In this document: positions 62,659 through 64,000 of the stretch, in pieces
How the letters are laid out: each line of letters starts with the position of its first letter
Position numbering within the stretch: position 1 is the first letter of the stretch
Source: Escherichia coli
Lineage (GTDB): Bacteria > Pseudomonadota > Gammaproteobacteria > Enterobacterales > Enterobacteriaceae
Direction: 5' to 3' (one strand)
NCBI RefSeq assembly: GCF_030384885.1
Contig: NZ_CP128613.1
Length of the DNA: 64,000 nt
Translations under genes and position numbers: made by a program
The notes under the pieces: generated by a model
What the model was told of the DNA's origin: nothing
The model's input: only the letters and a program-made list of their open reading frames with translations
Database searches by the model: none

Positions 62659-63888
62659 TCACCCCTGCGGCTGGTTACTCACCAGCCGCGACATCGTCTC
62701 CAGCGAATCCGTTCTTAAGATATAAAGCCGTTTTAGTAACAACGGATTATCCCCCGGTTTTACTTTGCCTTTCATGGTGGTCACTGCCAGATGAAATCCG
62801 GCTTCACGTGCCGCCTTCACCGCTTTGTCATTAAAACCGCCAAACGGATAAGAAAGATACAAGACATGTGGATTAAACTGCGCCAGCGCCCGACGCGATC
62901 GCGCAAAATCAAACAGAATATTGTGCTCACTACGGCTCAGTAATATGGGGCGGCGATAGCCATCTATCCGATGCAAAAAATGAGTATGTGACTGGAAATC
63001 AAATACATCACGAATTTCGTTAAGCTCAGAAATGCTCATAAATTGCAGCGATTTTGGATCCCATTTCTGCGGGTGACGTTTGATGCGCGAGGTAACAATA
63101 AATGCCGTCGCCTTCATACCATAGTGTTTCAACACAGGATACGCATAGCGGCTAACCGACTTGAGACCATCATCAAAGGTAATCACCACGGCACGTGCCG
63201 GGAGATTAATGTTATTCTGCACGTAACCTTCCAACTGCGTCATGCTCAGTGTCGCGTATCCCCTGTCGCGCAGCCAGGCCATCTGGTTATTGAAGGCGCG
63301 TACCGAGGTGGTCGTCGAAGTATGGCGAAAACGGGTGTTTTCTTCGTCGCGCAGAATATGATGATAGGTTAGCACCGGCAGGCCATTGTCGGGTTGGGCA
63401 TCCAGCGCGCTGATAAAGGCCAGTCGATCGCCAATACGGACCTGATACCAGGTTTGGTTTAACCTGTCTTTCAGTTTATGCAAAATCGGATAACGCAAAT
63501 TGTCCGCCAGTACCCCAAATGGCGCACTGCCCACACTCGGCGCGTTATAAACCGGCGTATCTTTCCAGGTTATTAAGTTCTGATTACTCAGCGGCTTGTT
63601 GAGGTCACCCAAACCGTCTTCAACTTTTTGTCGCCCCTGAACCGGCTCGAGATGACCTTTATCGATAAACCCTTTGCCAAAGCCAAAATTAAATGCGTAA
63701 TAACTTGCGGCAGTGGGCTCCACGGCAATGATTTGTCCGGCCCGAATATTCCCTACCGTCACCATTTTGTCGCCAATTTGCGCCCAAACCGCGGCATTTT
63801 CGATAGTTTGCATATAACGGGCAGGTAATGCGGCACTGACGCTTGTGGTAAACAGCATCAGCAGGAGAATAACAGCTTGTTTATACAT
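62659..63888 (-). CDS. yadE: Polysaccharide deacetylase family protein YadE
   Basis: Track ORF 409 aa, signal peptide [19 protein letters not shown]; NodB-like region (LTYHHI..., VITFDDG); synteny. Confidence 0.85.
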   Translation of the reverse strand: MYKQAVILLLMLFTTSVSAALPARYMQTIENAAVWAQIGDKMVTVGNIRAGQIIAVEPTAASYYAFNFGFGKGFIDKGHLEPVQGRQKVEDGLGDLNKPLSNQNLITWKDTPVYNAPSVGSAPFGVLADNLRYPILHKLKDRLNQTWYQVRIGDRLAFISALDAQPDNGLPVLTYHHILRDEENTRFRHTSTTTSVRAFNNQMAWLRDRGYATLSMTQLEGYVQNNINLPARAVVITFDDGLKSVSRYAYPVLKHYGMKATAFIVTSRIKRHPQKWDPKSLQFMSISELNEIRDVFDFQSHTHFLHRIDGYRRPILLSRSEHNILFDFARSRRALAQFNPHVLYLSYPFGGFNDKAVKAAREAGFHLAVTTMKGKVKPGDNPLLLKRLYILRTDSLETMSRLVSNQPQG

Positions 63889-64000
63889 GAAAAAATAACC
63901 AGGGATGAAACAACGCTTTTATTGTAGCAAAAGCGTCATCAGGATCGCGGGTTAATACTCATACAAATTATGTTTGAGGACGAAAGGCGGATTTTTTTGT

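Overview
Enterobacterial (Escherichia coli-like) chromosomal segment corresponding to the K-12 lpxB-lpxA ... panD-yadE region, in reverse orientation relative to the reference. It is mostly a dense run of intact core genes: lpxB(partial)-lpxA-fabZ-lpxD-skp-bamA-rseP-cdsA-uppS-dxr-frr-pyrH-tsf-rpsB, map-glnD-dapD, yaeI, yaeH, cdaR, degP, dgt, mtnN-btuF-yadS, erpA, clcA, hemL, fhuBDCA, mrcB, hrpB, thpR, sfsA, dksA-gluQ, pcnB-folK, the yadN-ecpD-htrE-yadMLKC fimbrial operon, panBC, rpnC(yadD), panD and yadE. Gene identities were assigned by reading the six-frame translations and by gene order; no database search was possible. The one clearly accessory feature is an AT-rich ~5.2 kb block (about 36.4-41.65 kb) between fhuA and mrcB, which I recall as directly adjacent in K-12. 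It carries a complete four-gene chaperone-usher fimbrial operon (major pilin, chaperone, usher, two-domain tip adhesin) with its own upstream control region and a terminator-like hairpin. I cannot tell from sequence alone whether this operon is already described in other E. coli lineages. Other points of note are an ERIC repeat, a REP/BIME pair, non-canonical start codons (pcnB AUU, fabZ TTG, hrpB GTG), the gluQ start codon sitting inside the dksA terminator hairpin, and an in-frame 12-bp tandem repeat in rpnC. I noticed no tRNA or rRNA genes, CRISPR arrays, IS elements or prophage genes. Features located by reading the sequence rather than from the ORF track may be off by a base or two.
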